A stretch of 64,000 nt of DNA from Trichoplax adhaerens (Eukaryota > Animalia > Placozoa): positions 2,592,106-2,656,105 of the forward strand of contig NW_002060950.1 of the NCBI RefSeq assembly GCF_000150275.1, read 5' to 3'. The translations under genes and the position numbers were made by a program. Positions 41,578-54,330 of the stretch are shown piece after piece; the first letter of the stretch is position 1, and each line of letters begins with the position of its first letter. The notes under the pieces are model-generated. The model was not told the DNA's origin. It did no database searches and saw nothing but the letters and a program-made list of their open reading frames with translations.

Positions 41578-42588
41578 ATGGCATTGTATCCTAACTGCTC
41601 TCCTCAAGATTATTTCCTCAATACATCCTTCTATCGCGCTGAAGAATCGCCAGTAACAAAAAATATTCTTTTAAGCATACTATCTACACTAGCTGTCTTA
41701 GCCATAGGCGGTAATTCGCTAGCAATTCTTGTCGTCTATCGTACTCGATCATTACACGATCCATCAGGTATTCTTCTTGCTGGATTAGCATCGATAGATT
41801 TAGCCGTAGGAATAGTTTGTATTTTAACTTCTGTGATATATCACTGCTTGGACGGATATATCATTTCCGAGACTAGTTGCATAATCCGCGGATATCTTAT
41901 CACAACTCTTATTGGCGCATCTTATAGCACGGTTGCTCTTATTGCTCTTGATCGATGTTTTGCTATACATAAGCCATTACATTATCGACTTTATGTTACT
42001 AATAAACGAATACTTCAAGTTCTTATTACGAATATAGTATCAATAGGAATATTATCTGCTATGCCATTCGCGGGATTACAAGATCAAGGTTTAGGCCAAT
42101 TTGAATACGTCCATTATATATCTGGTTGTTGGTTAGATATTACTAACCATCCTAAAAATTTTCTTTTTTCTCTCTTTATTGCACTAGCAGTCAACTGTAT
42201 ATTAATGATAGTTATTATAGCTTATATCGTGATACTAATTGAAGCTCAACGTATAGATCGAAAGTTAGTTCTCTTAAAATCGTCGTTTGCTGAAAAGAGG
42301 CAATGGTTAAGAAAATCGACACGAACAACTTTACTGTTAATCGGAGTGTTTTTAATATGCACTATCCCATCCTCAGCTTTTACACTATTAGCTATTATCC
42401 ATTGTAAACCTATTGCGTCTCCATTAACGTATAAAATTTTAATTCACTGGGGAATTTATATCAACACGACAATCAATCCATTTCTATTTGGATTCACCCA
42501 TAAAGATTTTCGGCAAGGTTACCGCCATGTATTTTCACGATTTTCATTATTGGGAACAAGAGTCTCTCATGTTCATTTCAATCAGTAA
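41578..42588 (+). CDS. Orphan class A GPCR paralogue, 336 aa
   Basis: GN, LASID, DRC, KPLHY, GCWLD, CTIP, NPFLFGFTHKDFR. Confidence 0.95.
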   Translation: MALYPNCSPQDYFLNTSFYRAEESPVTKNILLSILSTLAVLAIGGNSLAILVVYRTRSLHDPSGILLAGLASIDLAVGIVCILTSVIYHCLDGYIISETSCIIRGYLITTLIGASYSTVALIALDRCFAIHKPLHYRLYVTNKRILQVLITNIVSIGILSAMPFAGLQDQGLGQFEYVHYISGCWLDITNHPKNFLFSLFIALAVNCILMIVIIAYIVILIEAQRIDRKLVLLKSSFAEKRQWLRKSTRTTLLLIGVFLICTIPSSAFTLLAIIHCKPIASPLTYKILIHWGIYINTTINPFLFGFTHKDFRQGYRHVFSRFSLLGTRVSHVHFNQ

Positions 42589-44512
42589 ACAATTATCATT
42601 TTGCGATTAATAACTTTCTTAAAAATACAATTAGTATCAAGCTAACGATAGTAACTCGTTGTTAATGAACAAAACTGTCTTGCACAGCTTGCCTACAATC
42701 ATAACAATCAGTTTTCAGCATGATTATCTTTTGTAAGAGTATCTGATATTATAATTGTCAAGTATCATGGCTTTTGGTTTTCTTTCTTATTTGAGACGTC
42801 ATCATTATAATAGCCTTTCTATATTAGATCAATGATATTCCTTTTTACTTACAAAATAAAACTGTAAAAGTTATTTAATTATGATGTTCCAAAATGGACT
42901 GCGAATAAGGCTAAACATAAAATGAAATACTTCTATTTCGTCTTAAGTGTAGTCTTACGGTTATAATTTACTCTCTCATAGCGATATATCCTAGTATTTA
43001 CTCACATAGAACAATATAAACTATATTAGTATAGTTTATTCCAGTCGTGATTACCTTCAATTTATTCTAATTACTCGTTAATATTCATTAATAGTCACAC
43101 ACTAGCTACCCTTTACAGCAGCTCCTTGTCAGGATCAAATTATTCCACTTACTAAAATAGTATAGACTGATTTAAAATTTTTTGTAAATTTCTTGACGTA
43201 AACAATATTGGAGTAATATTTTTCAATAATAGTTTTAATAAGTTTAATATGTATTATTTACTGAAAAGAAGGATGCGTAATGGTATGACTTCAAATTATT
43301 AAAATTTATAGTACAATGCGAATATTTTATTCCTTCCTTTTATATTCTATGATCATCTTTCCAGATCGTAATCATTTCTATAACTATTGTCCTATTTCTT
43401 TCATAATATTATAGTCAGTACCAGTATGTCTATCGATTTTCATTTGCAAGGTTTTAAGATTACAGTAATCAACTTTGTCGTTTCTTTCTCGTTCATTTGT
43501 GGTTGAAATTGACCAGGAATAGTGTATCATTAAAAAATGCCATGGAATATATATACATGGTAAACATGCTGTTTCACTTCTAAACAATTTTATAAGGCAT
43601 GATAGAATATTAATTATCGCCAAATTTATTCTATTATCTAAGATAATAGCAAAAAAGAAAATAAAATAAGATTAATTTGATTGATATTGATATTTTCTTC
43701 AAAGTTTACAGTTCACCGGATGTCTAGAGCCCAATAGGTATAGAGTTACTTTATGATTGCGAGTATTATATTAATCCCGGATATTCAGTCTGGTGTAGTG
43801 ATTATCAGCGAAAGGGATTTGATACGTTAAGAAATCGAATCAATTCAGTGATAATGATGGATATACCGTATAATTTCAATTAAATCGAATAAAAGATATA
43901 AACAAGCATTTCATTTCATTTATAAATAGGTCGAAAAATCTATTATCCGTCTATCATGATGCAAATTTCCTATAAATACTTACCACTTACAGATTTTAGC
44001 AAGATTAAAGATCATAACACAACGCTCTTGTCAAATAGTGCTAAAGGTATTTATCAGTACTACACAACAGAGAAAACGATAAGAGTCTGGGTCGAAAAAA
44101 TCTAAATGGTAAATGCACTTCAAAGTATTCTCGTCGTATTCTAGAGTATAACTGGTACCGTAATAGCTGTAAAGTATTCCAATTTCAATATAATCTTAAA
44201 CAGTAACCTAATCCGAATTAATAAGACATATCAGCCAAGGAAATCAAGCTGTCATTAAATTCATTTTTGGTATAACTTCTATTATCATCCATCATTTATT
44301 GAATACCTGGTATATCCGGAATAGAAAAATGAACTAGTTCAATAAGGAAGATGGAGCTGCATCTCTTTCACTTTATCAATTAGCCTATCATAGATATCAA
44401 GTCTGTTTCTGGTTCATTACTATTACACTAATCGTATATTCGAATACTAATTTCATCAGTATTCCTTGTACGCATAAAGTAAAGGCAAGAGATTTTTTTC
44501 TGGCCTTTCATC

Positions 44513-45523
44513 ATGGCATTGTATCCTAACTGCTCTCCTCGAGATTATTTCCTCAATATATCTTTCTATCGCGCAGAAGAATCGCCAGTAATCAAAACTA
44601 TTCTTTTAAGTATACTATCTACACTAGCCGTCTTAGCGATAGGCGGCAATTCGCTAGCAATTTTTGTTGTCTATCGTACTCGATCATTACACAATCCATC
44701 GGGTATTCTTCTTGCTGGATTAGCATCGATAGATTTAGCTGTGGGAATAGTTGGTATTTTAACTTCTGTGATGTATCACTGGTTGGATGGATATATCATT
44801 TCTGAAACTACTTGTATAATCCGTGGATATCTTATCACAACTCTTATTGGCTTATCTTATATCACGGTTGCTGTTATTGCTCTTGATCGATGTTTTGCTA
44901 TTCGTAGACCATTGCATTATCAAGTTTATGTCACTAATAGACGAGTTTTTCAAGCTTTTATCGTGACTACGATAATGGCATCATCATCTGCGGCATTGCC
45001 TCTAACGGGATTACAAGATCAAGGTTTAGGCCAATTTGAATACGTCCATTATATATCTAGTTGTTGGTTAGATATTACTAACCATCCTAAAAATATTGTT
45101 ATGTCCATCTTTATTTCAATTATGGTCATCGCTATATTAATGGTAGTTATTATAGTATATATCGTGATATTAGTTGAAGCTCAACATATAGATCGAAAGT
45201 TTGTTCTCTTAAAATCGTCATTAAATGAAAGGAGGCAATGGTTAAGAAAATCGACACGAACAACTTTACTGTTAATCGGAGCGTTTTTAATTTGCACGAT
45301 TCCGTCCTCAGCTTTTACATTATTAGCTATTATCCATTGTAAACCTATTGCGTCTCCATTAACGTATAAAATTTTAATTCACTGGGGAATTTATTTCAAC
45401 ACAACAATCAATCCATTTCTATTTGGATTCACTCATAAAGATTTTCGGCAAGGTTACCGCCATGTATTTTCACGATTTTCATTATTGGGAACAAGAGTCT
45501 CTCATGTTCATTTCAACCAGTAA
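44513..45523 (+). CDS. Orphan class A GPCR, 336 aa, tandem duplicate of 41578..42588
   Basis: Same length, collinear, near-identical N- and C-terminal parts, homologous flanks; offset 2935 bp. Confidence 0.95.
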   Translation: MALYPNCSPRDYFLNISFYRAEESPVIKTILLSILSTLAVLAIGGNSLAIFVVYRTRSLHNPSGILLAGLASIDLAVGIVGILTSVMYHWLDGYIISETTCIIRGYLITTLIGLSYITVAVIALDRCFAIRRPLHYQVYVTNRRVFQAFIVTTIMASSSAALPLTGLQDQGLGQFEYVHYISSCWLDITNHPKNIVMSIFISIMVIAILMVVIIVYIVILVEAQHIDRKFVLLKSSLNERRQWLRKSTRTTLLLIGAFLICTIPSSAFTLLAIIHCKPIASPLTYKILIHWGIYFNTTINPFLFGFTHKDFRQGYRHVFSRFSLLGTRVSHVHFNQ

Positions 45524-45614
45524 ACAATTATCACTTTGGCGATTAATAGCTTGCTTAGAAACACAATTAGTATCAAGTAACGATTGCAACCCATCCGTAA
45601 TAAATAAAATTGTC

Positions 45615-46165
45615 TGTTACGGTGTTGTCTTGTCATTAGGATAGTTTAATAAGTACAGTAGTAGCTAGTATGGAGAATATCCATATTAGTAGTGCTAGGT
45701 AAGATAAGTAATGCCTGAACGTGGATGTTGTTTGTAATAGTTCATTACATATTTGATATTGATTGCTATTGTGTGTTAGATAGCAGTAAGATGATTCAAG
45801 TTCTAGTTGATGATAGCTGAATTAGACAATCTACGAGCTTAGATTAAGATTAAGTATGAGCAAGAGATTCAAAATATTTACTGATAGAATAGCTACGAAG
45901 GAACATCTCAGTTCGAGACGTTTCTCCTAGTAAGGTATAATAATAATACTGTTGTTGTTTACAAATTAGACGGTTCCTATATAAATGGGAACATTTGAGT
46001 TGAGTGGTGTGGTAAAAAGTTGTAGATGAATCTTTGCTAATAAAAGTTTCATCTTTACAGTCTTTTGCTGTGTGTGTTTAACGTTAAGTAAAGGGGCGTT
46101 TAAGTCAGCAGCTACTTATAGACTTTTACTATACGTTACCTTGTCGCAGAAGTGAAATTGTGACA
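45615..46165 (+). mobile_element. Solo LTR-like element, family D, in the 3' flank of GPCR 44513
   Basis: TGTTACGG...TGTGACA, TSD TTGTC; absent from the paralogous flank near 42680. Confidence 0.9.
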
Positions 46166-47315
46166 TTGTCTCAAACTGATTATTAATTAATAAATTTTTA
46201 TAATCAAAGCAATCCGTTGTCGGCATGGACTTATGCTTTTATCTGCTATTATAATAGCTAACAATCATGATAGAATATTTATCATTTCAAAAATGCCACA
46301 TTGTCAAGATAGCAGTCGTATAGTCAACAAATCAACAATAATTCTTATTACATTTTAACATTTTAAAGAAAGCAACTTTAAGAAATCTTTTAATGAAAAA
46401 TAAAGGAATTTAGATAAGGCAAATAAATAATTATTGATATCTTGATTGTTTCTTAGCGGCAATCTCATTCAGTTTACTTTCTCTTTCATACTAGCACCTA
46501 TCAGTATTTGTTCTATGACAACCTGACATGAAAGTATTTAAGCCATTCGAGCAGTTTATTTTTGCCGCAGTTGCTTTCAGCTGACTTTAGTAATAGAAAT
46601 GGTTGGGTCTATGACTTACCAAAATTTATTAATCGTTACTGATATGCATTATATTATCTTCACGGCAATTCCGTAACGTAGGTAGATATTAATATTTTGT
46701 ATGCCGATTTTTATATTTTCTTCTTAATACTCTCAATTATAATAATAAGCAAGTAATATTCCTGTATTGTAGATCAATGAGCATAGAGCTGTATTATTAA
46801 CTAACAAGAAAAGTTTACTATCTTTTCAGAAGTTTAGAATTTAACATATGGTTCTAACATTTTACAGCTTGATATTAAATTATATGATTTATCCATCCAA
46901 CCACAACATTGATCATTATACAGACCCATTTTCAAAAACACCATGATATAATGATTAGTGTATTAATAAGATTAATTTTGTTCAATTAATCTTTAATAGA
47001 TAATTTTTACTTCCGGTTCGTTATATTTTATCGTAATGAAGGACTCATAGGCCTTATATAAATTTTTATTGGATTGCACGTGACCATATAGGGCTTACAG
47101 TATAAAGTATGGCATATCTACCTGGGTCTCCCTTACCTGTGAGGAGGACGAAAATTAATTACTATCTTTAAATTTGTCACAAGTTATGACGTACTGTTCG
47201 TGGTTTATAGCTAGTATTAAACTATTACATTTTCTCTCCATAATAACATTTCAGTGTCTTACTTCGATACCAATTTGATGATGTGTCTTAAAAATAAAAA
47301 ACGATAACTATATTT

Positions 47316-47872
47316 TGATATAACCGATCACGAAAATCCAAAATTTAAAGAAATTGAAACTTTACTATATCTTATACAAAGATAATGTATGTAAAGCTCT
47401 AGCCCGGCCCAACACAACTACTAAAGACTTCTAGAAAGGACTTCTGGAATAATCTTAAATGCCAGCAAATATACTTTTCGTAGCATTCACAGTTACAATT
47501 AGCATAGCAACATCCTACCGTATTTTACACATATTCAGATTATTATTACCAACAACGTTTTACAGCGGACCATCATTAATCCAATATGGAAACTACTACA
47601 GTATTCACGTAGATATTAGTTCTACCAGTCGGAGTAAGGTGAAGTAACCATATCCTAATATATGATTTACAGCTCTATTCTTACCTCTAACCTAAATAGC
47701 AATTCGACACCCTGCTGCATATTGTAATCTATACACTAGCATAGAATTTTCCACTATAGCCTGTGGTCATAAGCTATGAAATATGTCTTAAGATAAATAT
47801 AGAAATTCACGCTACCGTACATCATACTAAGCTTGAACAATAATCTATAATCCTGAAAATAGTTACGTTACA
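47316..47872 (-). mobile_element. Solo LTR-like element, family F
   Basis: Diverged reverse complement of 39051-39596 (TGATATAACCGATCACGAAA...GTTACGTTACA); no TSD found. Confidence 0.7.
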
Positions 47873-50639
47873 CATACTCGTAAGTTTCATTTTATTACAT
47901 AAAGTAGGTTCGTTTTACAGCTGCTAAAGACTATCTAACTGCAATCAGGTCATCTAAGTTATTACCGCAAAGTTCTTTAGTTTTATACTATTAGTTAGAG
48001 AATAACTCTTTCAGCAACATAATCACATCTCGCCAATACAGTTGCAATTGTGATTTTAAGCTAATGTAGTGGTCGAAGTAGATGAGTGAGAATAAGTCCG
48101 CCAAAACCTTATTTTGAGAACGATTGATCGATTTGCATATCAGAATTTAATTCTACGAGGGTAGCAATAGCGTATCCTTAAAATAGGGCACTTACTAGAT
48201 TAAGGTACGAAAAACTTTGGCTCTAATCTTTAACACCTATCTTCTGCGATAGGGTTGCTGATATCCTTTAATCACCTAAAAATTATTTCTATGTCAATGT
48301 TAAAGCCATGAATTGAAGCAATATACTTAGAAATACCTTCGATATCTTGCGACTTTACAACTTAAAACACGAAAACATGCATCTATCTGTAGTATTAGGA
48401 AATAAAATTAATAATTCGTTTAAGATAGCATCAATAAAAGAGATACAGTAAGCGCTCTTATACAGATTCTATTATACTACAGCAATTTTAAGAAATACAT
48501 AATTTACCTTTTATACATAATAACTATTACTTTGATATTGCTATTGCTAAGATTATTCTAACATATGGTTAGTAAATAATATTATGGTCTTCAACAACAT
48601 TGACACCCATATGTAAATTGTAAATATGGCATAATTCGTAAAATTGCGATAGTTTTGATTTGATTTTAGTCTAAACCTTAAGACCGTACTTGAAATTTTT
48701 TTAGTAGATCATGCTACGATCTATTGTTGTCGGAGTCTAACTAGTCCACTAGTCCTCCACTTATCGTTTCCATCGCAAAATACCGCGAAGAAGTGGCTAG
48801 ATGAGACGGATAGTTATCGTTAATTCTACCCCTAAAGGTCTTTGTTGTTAAGTAAAAAGGTACAGATATTCTCTACAATTTCTAGCTTTGGTAATTTCTA
48901 CGGGAGCCTTGTTATACTTTGCCACCTATACGGCTATAAAATTCATACGTGAAATCTCTATTCTATCCAAATCAATTTTGGCTTTCTTTCGGCCAAGTTA
49001 TAAGACCTTTCAGCTCCAAATTCTTTTTCCTTTGAACTGAACAATGAGATGAGAATTTATTCCATTAATCTATATATGTTATATATATAATTAAGATCGA
49101 CTTTTTCTAGTATTTTAAATCCTTAATATATTACAGTCCAATATTTATTCTGTATTCATGTACAAATAGCGTTTTAATCAGAATTTAGCGCGTACCTTTA
49201 TGAATATATATGAAATCGTTCATTTATCGGATATTTATTACAGTACTGTATCAGGACGGAGCTATCGCAAATTTAATTCTTCAACTTAAAAAAAGCTTAA
49301 GTAGCACACAGGATCGAAAATTATACAAGCGCCGAAAATTCACTAGCAGGAAACCATTCCCTAGGAATGATTTTGCAAATTATTTATGATTCATCTATTC
49401 TACCATTAAATACCCTTACCATAAAATGTCATAACAAAAGTCATGAATAACTGCTATAAGGTAATTATGAGTGAATAGTATTTCGTAGCCGTTTGACAGG
49501 AAATATTTGTCAATACGTAGTTTTCGTTAAGAAAGAAAGTCTTTATCGACAGCATAAGCATTAAATTTATTGGAAACAAATATGGATTTAAGATTTTAGG
49601 TTTGCACATTATCTTCGATGATTTTGATGAGATAATCCCGCAAAAATTAAAGCTTTCAATTGTATCCTGATATTGCCAAAGTGTCCCTTCAATTGATACA
49701 ATAATTATCGCATGTAGAAATATTTTCAAATATTCATTGAAAACGTTGCGCAAAATTATTTCTGCATTTAAATATGTGTAGGCGGTTGTATTTAGCAACA
49801 TAGGCAAGAAATAGACTATATATGTGACATGGCACTGCATTAAGAATTAAAAAATAATTGGTTCATGAATAATGAATACTTTTGAATAATGCAAAGAAAG
49901 TCCTACGCTATTTTTTAAGTCTAATTTTACAGGGCTTCTATTTGATACTACAGTAGTAAAATTACGATATGAAATCTAAACTATTGCGAATGAATTTACT
50001 GTCGATTAATAGATATGCTAAGCTCTAACAATTAAACCGTCTATGGTCGGAGAATAAGCATTTCAATGCCGAATAGCCCGTAGCTATGTACGTCTCAGAA
50101 TATTTACATGTCTATTTAGTAATTGTATATATATATTAATCTAGTAAATTGTAAAATATGAATTCACTTCAGTTAACATTGAAATTCACCATAGAAATCT
50201 ATTTAAACGCATGTAGTTGTACAATAAAAGTAGCAAATGCTTAAGAAGCAAGTATAGCTAAATAGTAATTACATTGCATCTGTATTTATATAATTATATA
50301 CCAATTGAAGGCTGTTTCTATTAGTAATTCTACAATGTAAGTTGATAATATACGGTAATTTATACAATAATCCATAGACAAAATGATCTTTTTTATTACT
50401 ACAGTTTTATTGCTTTGCATTCTTTTATTTCTCAATTTTAATGATTTATTAAGCGTCATATATAAATATATTGAAGAATCTAAGCATTATTTGCAACAGA
50501 AAATATAGCAATAAAGTTGCTGCTTGCGTAAAAATGGTTTCTCTATGTGATTTGATTACTAGCAGCTACTCCAGTTATCCAATCGAGCTTATGTTGAATT
50601 CACTATTAGCCATAAAAAATTTTCATTCTGATAAATCGT

Positions 50640-51269
50640 TGTTACAGTGTTAAATACTGTATTGCAGTAGAAATAACTATGTTAGGATAATTCTGTTAGA
50701 CTATCCTTATTTAGTTAACTTCTAATTTGGATATACTGTGTTTTAATATAGCACTGACTTTTTATGACAGTGACACTTATACACATACTGAAATTAATAG
50801 TTATAATAGGGAATGCAAATCGTCTGCTTACAGTTCGAATCATTGTGATTGTAATTTACTTATGGTAGACTGTAAATTATCATGGAAATGTTCCGTGATA
50901 GGACATATCGTAATCTGACTATTCTGTATTAGTCATTATATGTCTATGTTCGTAAATACTGTTGTCTGCATTAAGGGAGCAGTAGCTATAATTAATATCT
51001 AATTCAGTAAATGATTCCGAGGTTAATTGTATTAACTATGACTCATGAACTATTGAGGAACAGTATATAAATGCAGTATATCGTGAAATAAAGAGAATTG
51101 TCCAACTTAGTGTTTAACGTAAAATACGAGGTGTTTAAGTCTTTGTGTAGTCTGCTAGTAGAGCAAAAGTGTTTGTGATAGTGCAGATATCGTTCCTTGA
51201 TACGTGGTTCAAGGAATTGACTTATTGATCGTATATTGCGTTATCTTGTTGCAAAGCTGTTTTGTGACA
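50640..51269 (+). mobile_element. Solo LTR-like element, family A
   Basis: TGTTACA...TGTGACA, TSD ATCGT; TATATAAA at 51064 and AATAAA at 51087; near-identical reverse complement of 18748-19380. Confidence 0.9.
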
Positions 51270-51954
51270 ATCGTTGATAGTGGCTCTTTAATAGAACTCC
51301 AGTCTATTTATTCGAGTTCATTTATAGTAGGTAATAATAAATTTTACTGTAAAAGCGATGCCATTATTTCATTTTTTATTGCTTTAAATCACAGTGACAG
51401 TGATAAGAACATTGTTATACGGTTTTGAAGGTAATTAGTCTAGGTGGATTGATCAGATCAATACATCTATTATGGCTAGAAATGCTATTGGTACTTGTAA
51501 ACTGATTCATGTACTATTTTTAATATCTATGACAACGTAATTATACAAATCGAGGTCGCCATGAGCAATAATTAGTACTGTACTGTTATTGAAATAAAAG
51601 AATCTTTCAAAAGGCTGTATACATACGTATGCACATGTTTACGGATATGATGTTATTGGTTCATTATAATGAGTAAAACAAAATCATCAATTTTAATTTC
51701 TTATTCATTCAAGTAAGCAAATATTTTACGATATCATTAAAAAACTTGATCGTTGTTGAGCCTATCATTTATCATTTGAAACGCTCAAACCAATTTATTA
51801 AAATCCTAATGATGAAATTCTTCTGGATATAGATAACACGTATGTGAAATGAAATAAATCAGTTCAAATTAAGCAAAAGTACTACATTACTGTATCCCTA
51901 TTTCTACATAAATTCCCTTTCAAAGTCAATCTTTGCCTTTTTCAGCAATCTACA

Positions 51955-52310
51955 ATGTAACCAGATTGCTATGGATGAAATAGAAGCTATTTGCTTTTAT
52001 AATCAATACAGAACATCATTTCATATCACTGAGATTTTCTTGCGATGAATAACACCTACGATAATTTTTCTAGCCTTAGATGGAAATTTCGTGTCTGTTT
52101 TATTTGTTTATCGAAAGAGAAGCTTACATAATGTATCTGGCTTCCTTATCGCTTCGTCAGCAGTCGAGATGGCGACAGGATAAATTGTAACCCATTATCT
52201 CTATTATTTCTCCCGCTTCTCTCCACAGTTGCTACTTAATTAATTAAACGATACTCTTTAACATGACCACAGCCCATATATGGTCTTTCCCATCGAAATT
52301 TAAGCCAGTT
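51955..52310 (+). pseudogene. GPCR pseudogene, internally deleted copy related to 57232..58245
   Basis: 51955-52195 aligns by eye with the N-terminus to TM2 of the 57232 gene (e.g. tttatcgaaagagaagcttacataat vs tttatcgtaagagaagtttacataat; gagatggcgacagg vs gagatggctacagg), with ATG TAA at the start and further stops. atatatggtctttcccatcgaaattt near 52277 matches the TM7/H8 sequence atatttggattttctcatcgagacttt. Confidence 0.85.
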
Positions 52311-52762
52311 AAAGACTATTTTTATTTATGATACAACAATTGACCTCCGGGATAGCTTTTAATTCGTTTCCATTCATTTTACCTTATATCCAGTATAATG
52401 TCGCTTCTATGCATTAATATTATTTTATCAGCTTTGAATAATGGATATTACGAGAAGTAATCAAAGGGAACAAAATTATTCTAAGTTACGTTTATTTCTA
52501 ATAGCGTTTACTCGTCCAATTACTGGTTTTATTCGGTAGTAAAAATTCAAGTGAGCCTTATAATTTTTAATCAGCTGAAACGCGTAAATTTATAAGCAAA
52601 TCTATTTTAATCTTATCAACCTATGGAGAATGATCGTAAATAATTTTACCAGTTACAACAGTACTCAATCCTAATACATTATTTCATTCTATCTATTATA
52701 AAATCAGGATTCAAAATCACTTTTGAAAGGGGCACTCATAGCTAAAATGAGGTATATTCAAC

Positions 52763-53282
52763 TGTCACGGTAGTGAATCTACCGTGATGAATGATAACTT
52801 ACTTAATTTAGACATGTATATATATATATATATATATCACGTTAAGATAGTTATTAATTTGGATATGTGCATGAATTATTTGATGACTTAATATAGCCGA
52901 TACAAACCCGTTCCTAATACAGGTTAAATTATACTAAATATGGTATATGAATTGTCAATGCCAAATTCAATATAAATCCTGTTAATTATAAGCTAGGGCA
53001 AACATAAAGTTAATCTATAGTAATATTACAAATTCACTGGATTAGACTAGGAATAATTTAATGTATTCTCGAAGTCTTATTGGTCGAAATATATCACACA
53101 TCGTAAACCGGTTTTATGGCTAGAATAGCTATTTAAATGATTGATTTTGAATATTAAATTCGACTTGCATTTACTAGAATAAAGATATAGTTAGAAGATT
53201 CTGAAAGAGCATTTCTCAGTCATTGCTACTTATCTAGGGTAATCTAAATTAGTTTAGATTAGGCAAGTTTAGTTAAGTAACA
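52763..53282 (+). mobile_element. Solo LTR-like element (single copy)
   Basis: Starts with hairpin TGTCACGGTAG...CTACCGTGA as in family B, ends GTAACA; flanks TCAAC/TCAAT; TATTTAAA then AATAAA internally; contains a (TA)n run. Confidence 0.65.
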
Positions 53283-53894
53283 TCAATATTGCTATATCTA
53301 ATTCAATAATTAACTATCATGCAAGTGATAGAAGTTATATTTTACAAGCTTTCACTGACCGTATTGCACGATGAAACTAAAAAATTGGCCATCATTTCCT
53401 AAGGTTTGCTACAGATGATTTTACAATATACCGCTTAGTAACGATTGGATTTAACTGAGGTATTAATATTTTAATAGCGATTACTATTGAAATAGTAGGC
53501 TGCACTTGGCTGATAACCATTTTATTCACAGCATGAAAACTGCATATTTTACAGAGTAACTACGTTAGTATTTGTAAATTAGAGTCATTGTATTTATGGA
53601 AAAAATGCAGTAGAAAATAGAAAATTGTAAGCTTTTAGATTTCTGTCATTACGGTAATAGTCAGCATTATCGTTGATAAAATTTTAATCAAGGACAGAAT
53701 ATCACGAACAGTAGACTACTATATAGAATAAAAGAACAAAAATTATGACTTAAAATACTTTGATATCAAACGAAATGTACAGTAGTATTTAGTAAGGCAG
53801 TAATTCATATGATTGCGCGTAGTAGGTCCTAGTTGATACAATAAGGAAACCCATAAAATAATGCTGGTCTTCAATATTTAAATGCAATGTAAAT

Positions 53895-54330
53895 ATAATA
53901 ATATTGATATTTGTAAAATATGTTTATAATAATCGGTTTTGCATTCATAATTCATATAATATTATGAAGTGAATGTAATTCAGAGCCTCCAATGGAGTAA
54001 TGTCCTGTTGCCTTCAATCAATATTTATTACTCATGTTGGAGCAAGTGCATGTCAAAGTAAGGAAGCCCATGAAGTAGATCTAGTCTTTCACATTCCATT
54101 GCAATAGAGGTATATTTATTTTGATTTTTGTAAAATGTAATTATGAAAATAATCGGTTTTGTGATCATAAGATTATATTTATAATTCATACAATATCATG
54201 AACTAAATATGATCCAGAATTTCCGGTGGATTAAATTTCTATTACTTCTCATCAATAATTTTAGCTAATGTTAGAGCCAGTGCATATTAGAGCTAGAAAG
54301 TCCATGAAATAAACCTGATCTTGAACATTT
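53895..54330. repeat. Diverged tandem duplication, ~220 bp x 2
   Basis: TTGTAAAAT...AATAATCGGTTTTG...AGTGCAT...CCATGAA occurs twice. Confidence 0.8.

Noticed and set aside
36592-46165. Two direct family D copies as the LTRs of one element
   Set aside because: Each has its own different TSD, they are diverged, and the interior holds host genes.
39051-47872. Inverted family F copies as ends of a composite transposon or inversion carrying two GPCRs
   Set aside because: Copies are well diverged, and neither outer nor swapped flanks form a TSD; independent insertions are simpler.
39266-51428. Short ORFs 39266, 47459, 50727 and 51204 as genes
   Set aside because: They lie in or overlap the repeat elements; the 39266/47459 peptide similarity just reflects repeat homology.
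15331-53282. Classical MITEs or bacterial Tn7/Mu-type ends (TGT...ACA, 5-bp TSD)
   Set aside because: Terminal inverted match is only about 7 bp, the elements are directional with TATA/AATAAA, and there is no bacterial or transposase sequence; an LTR origin fits better.
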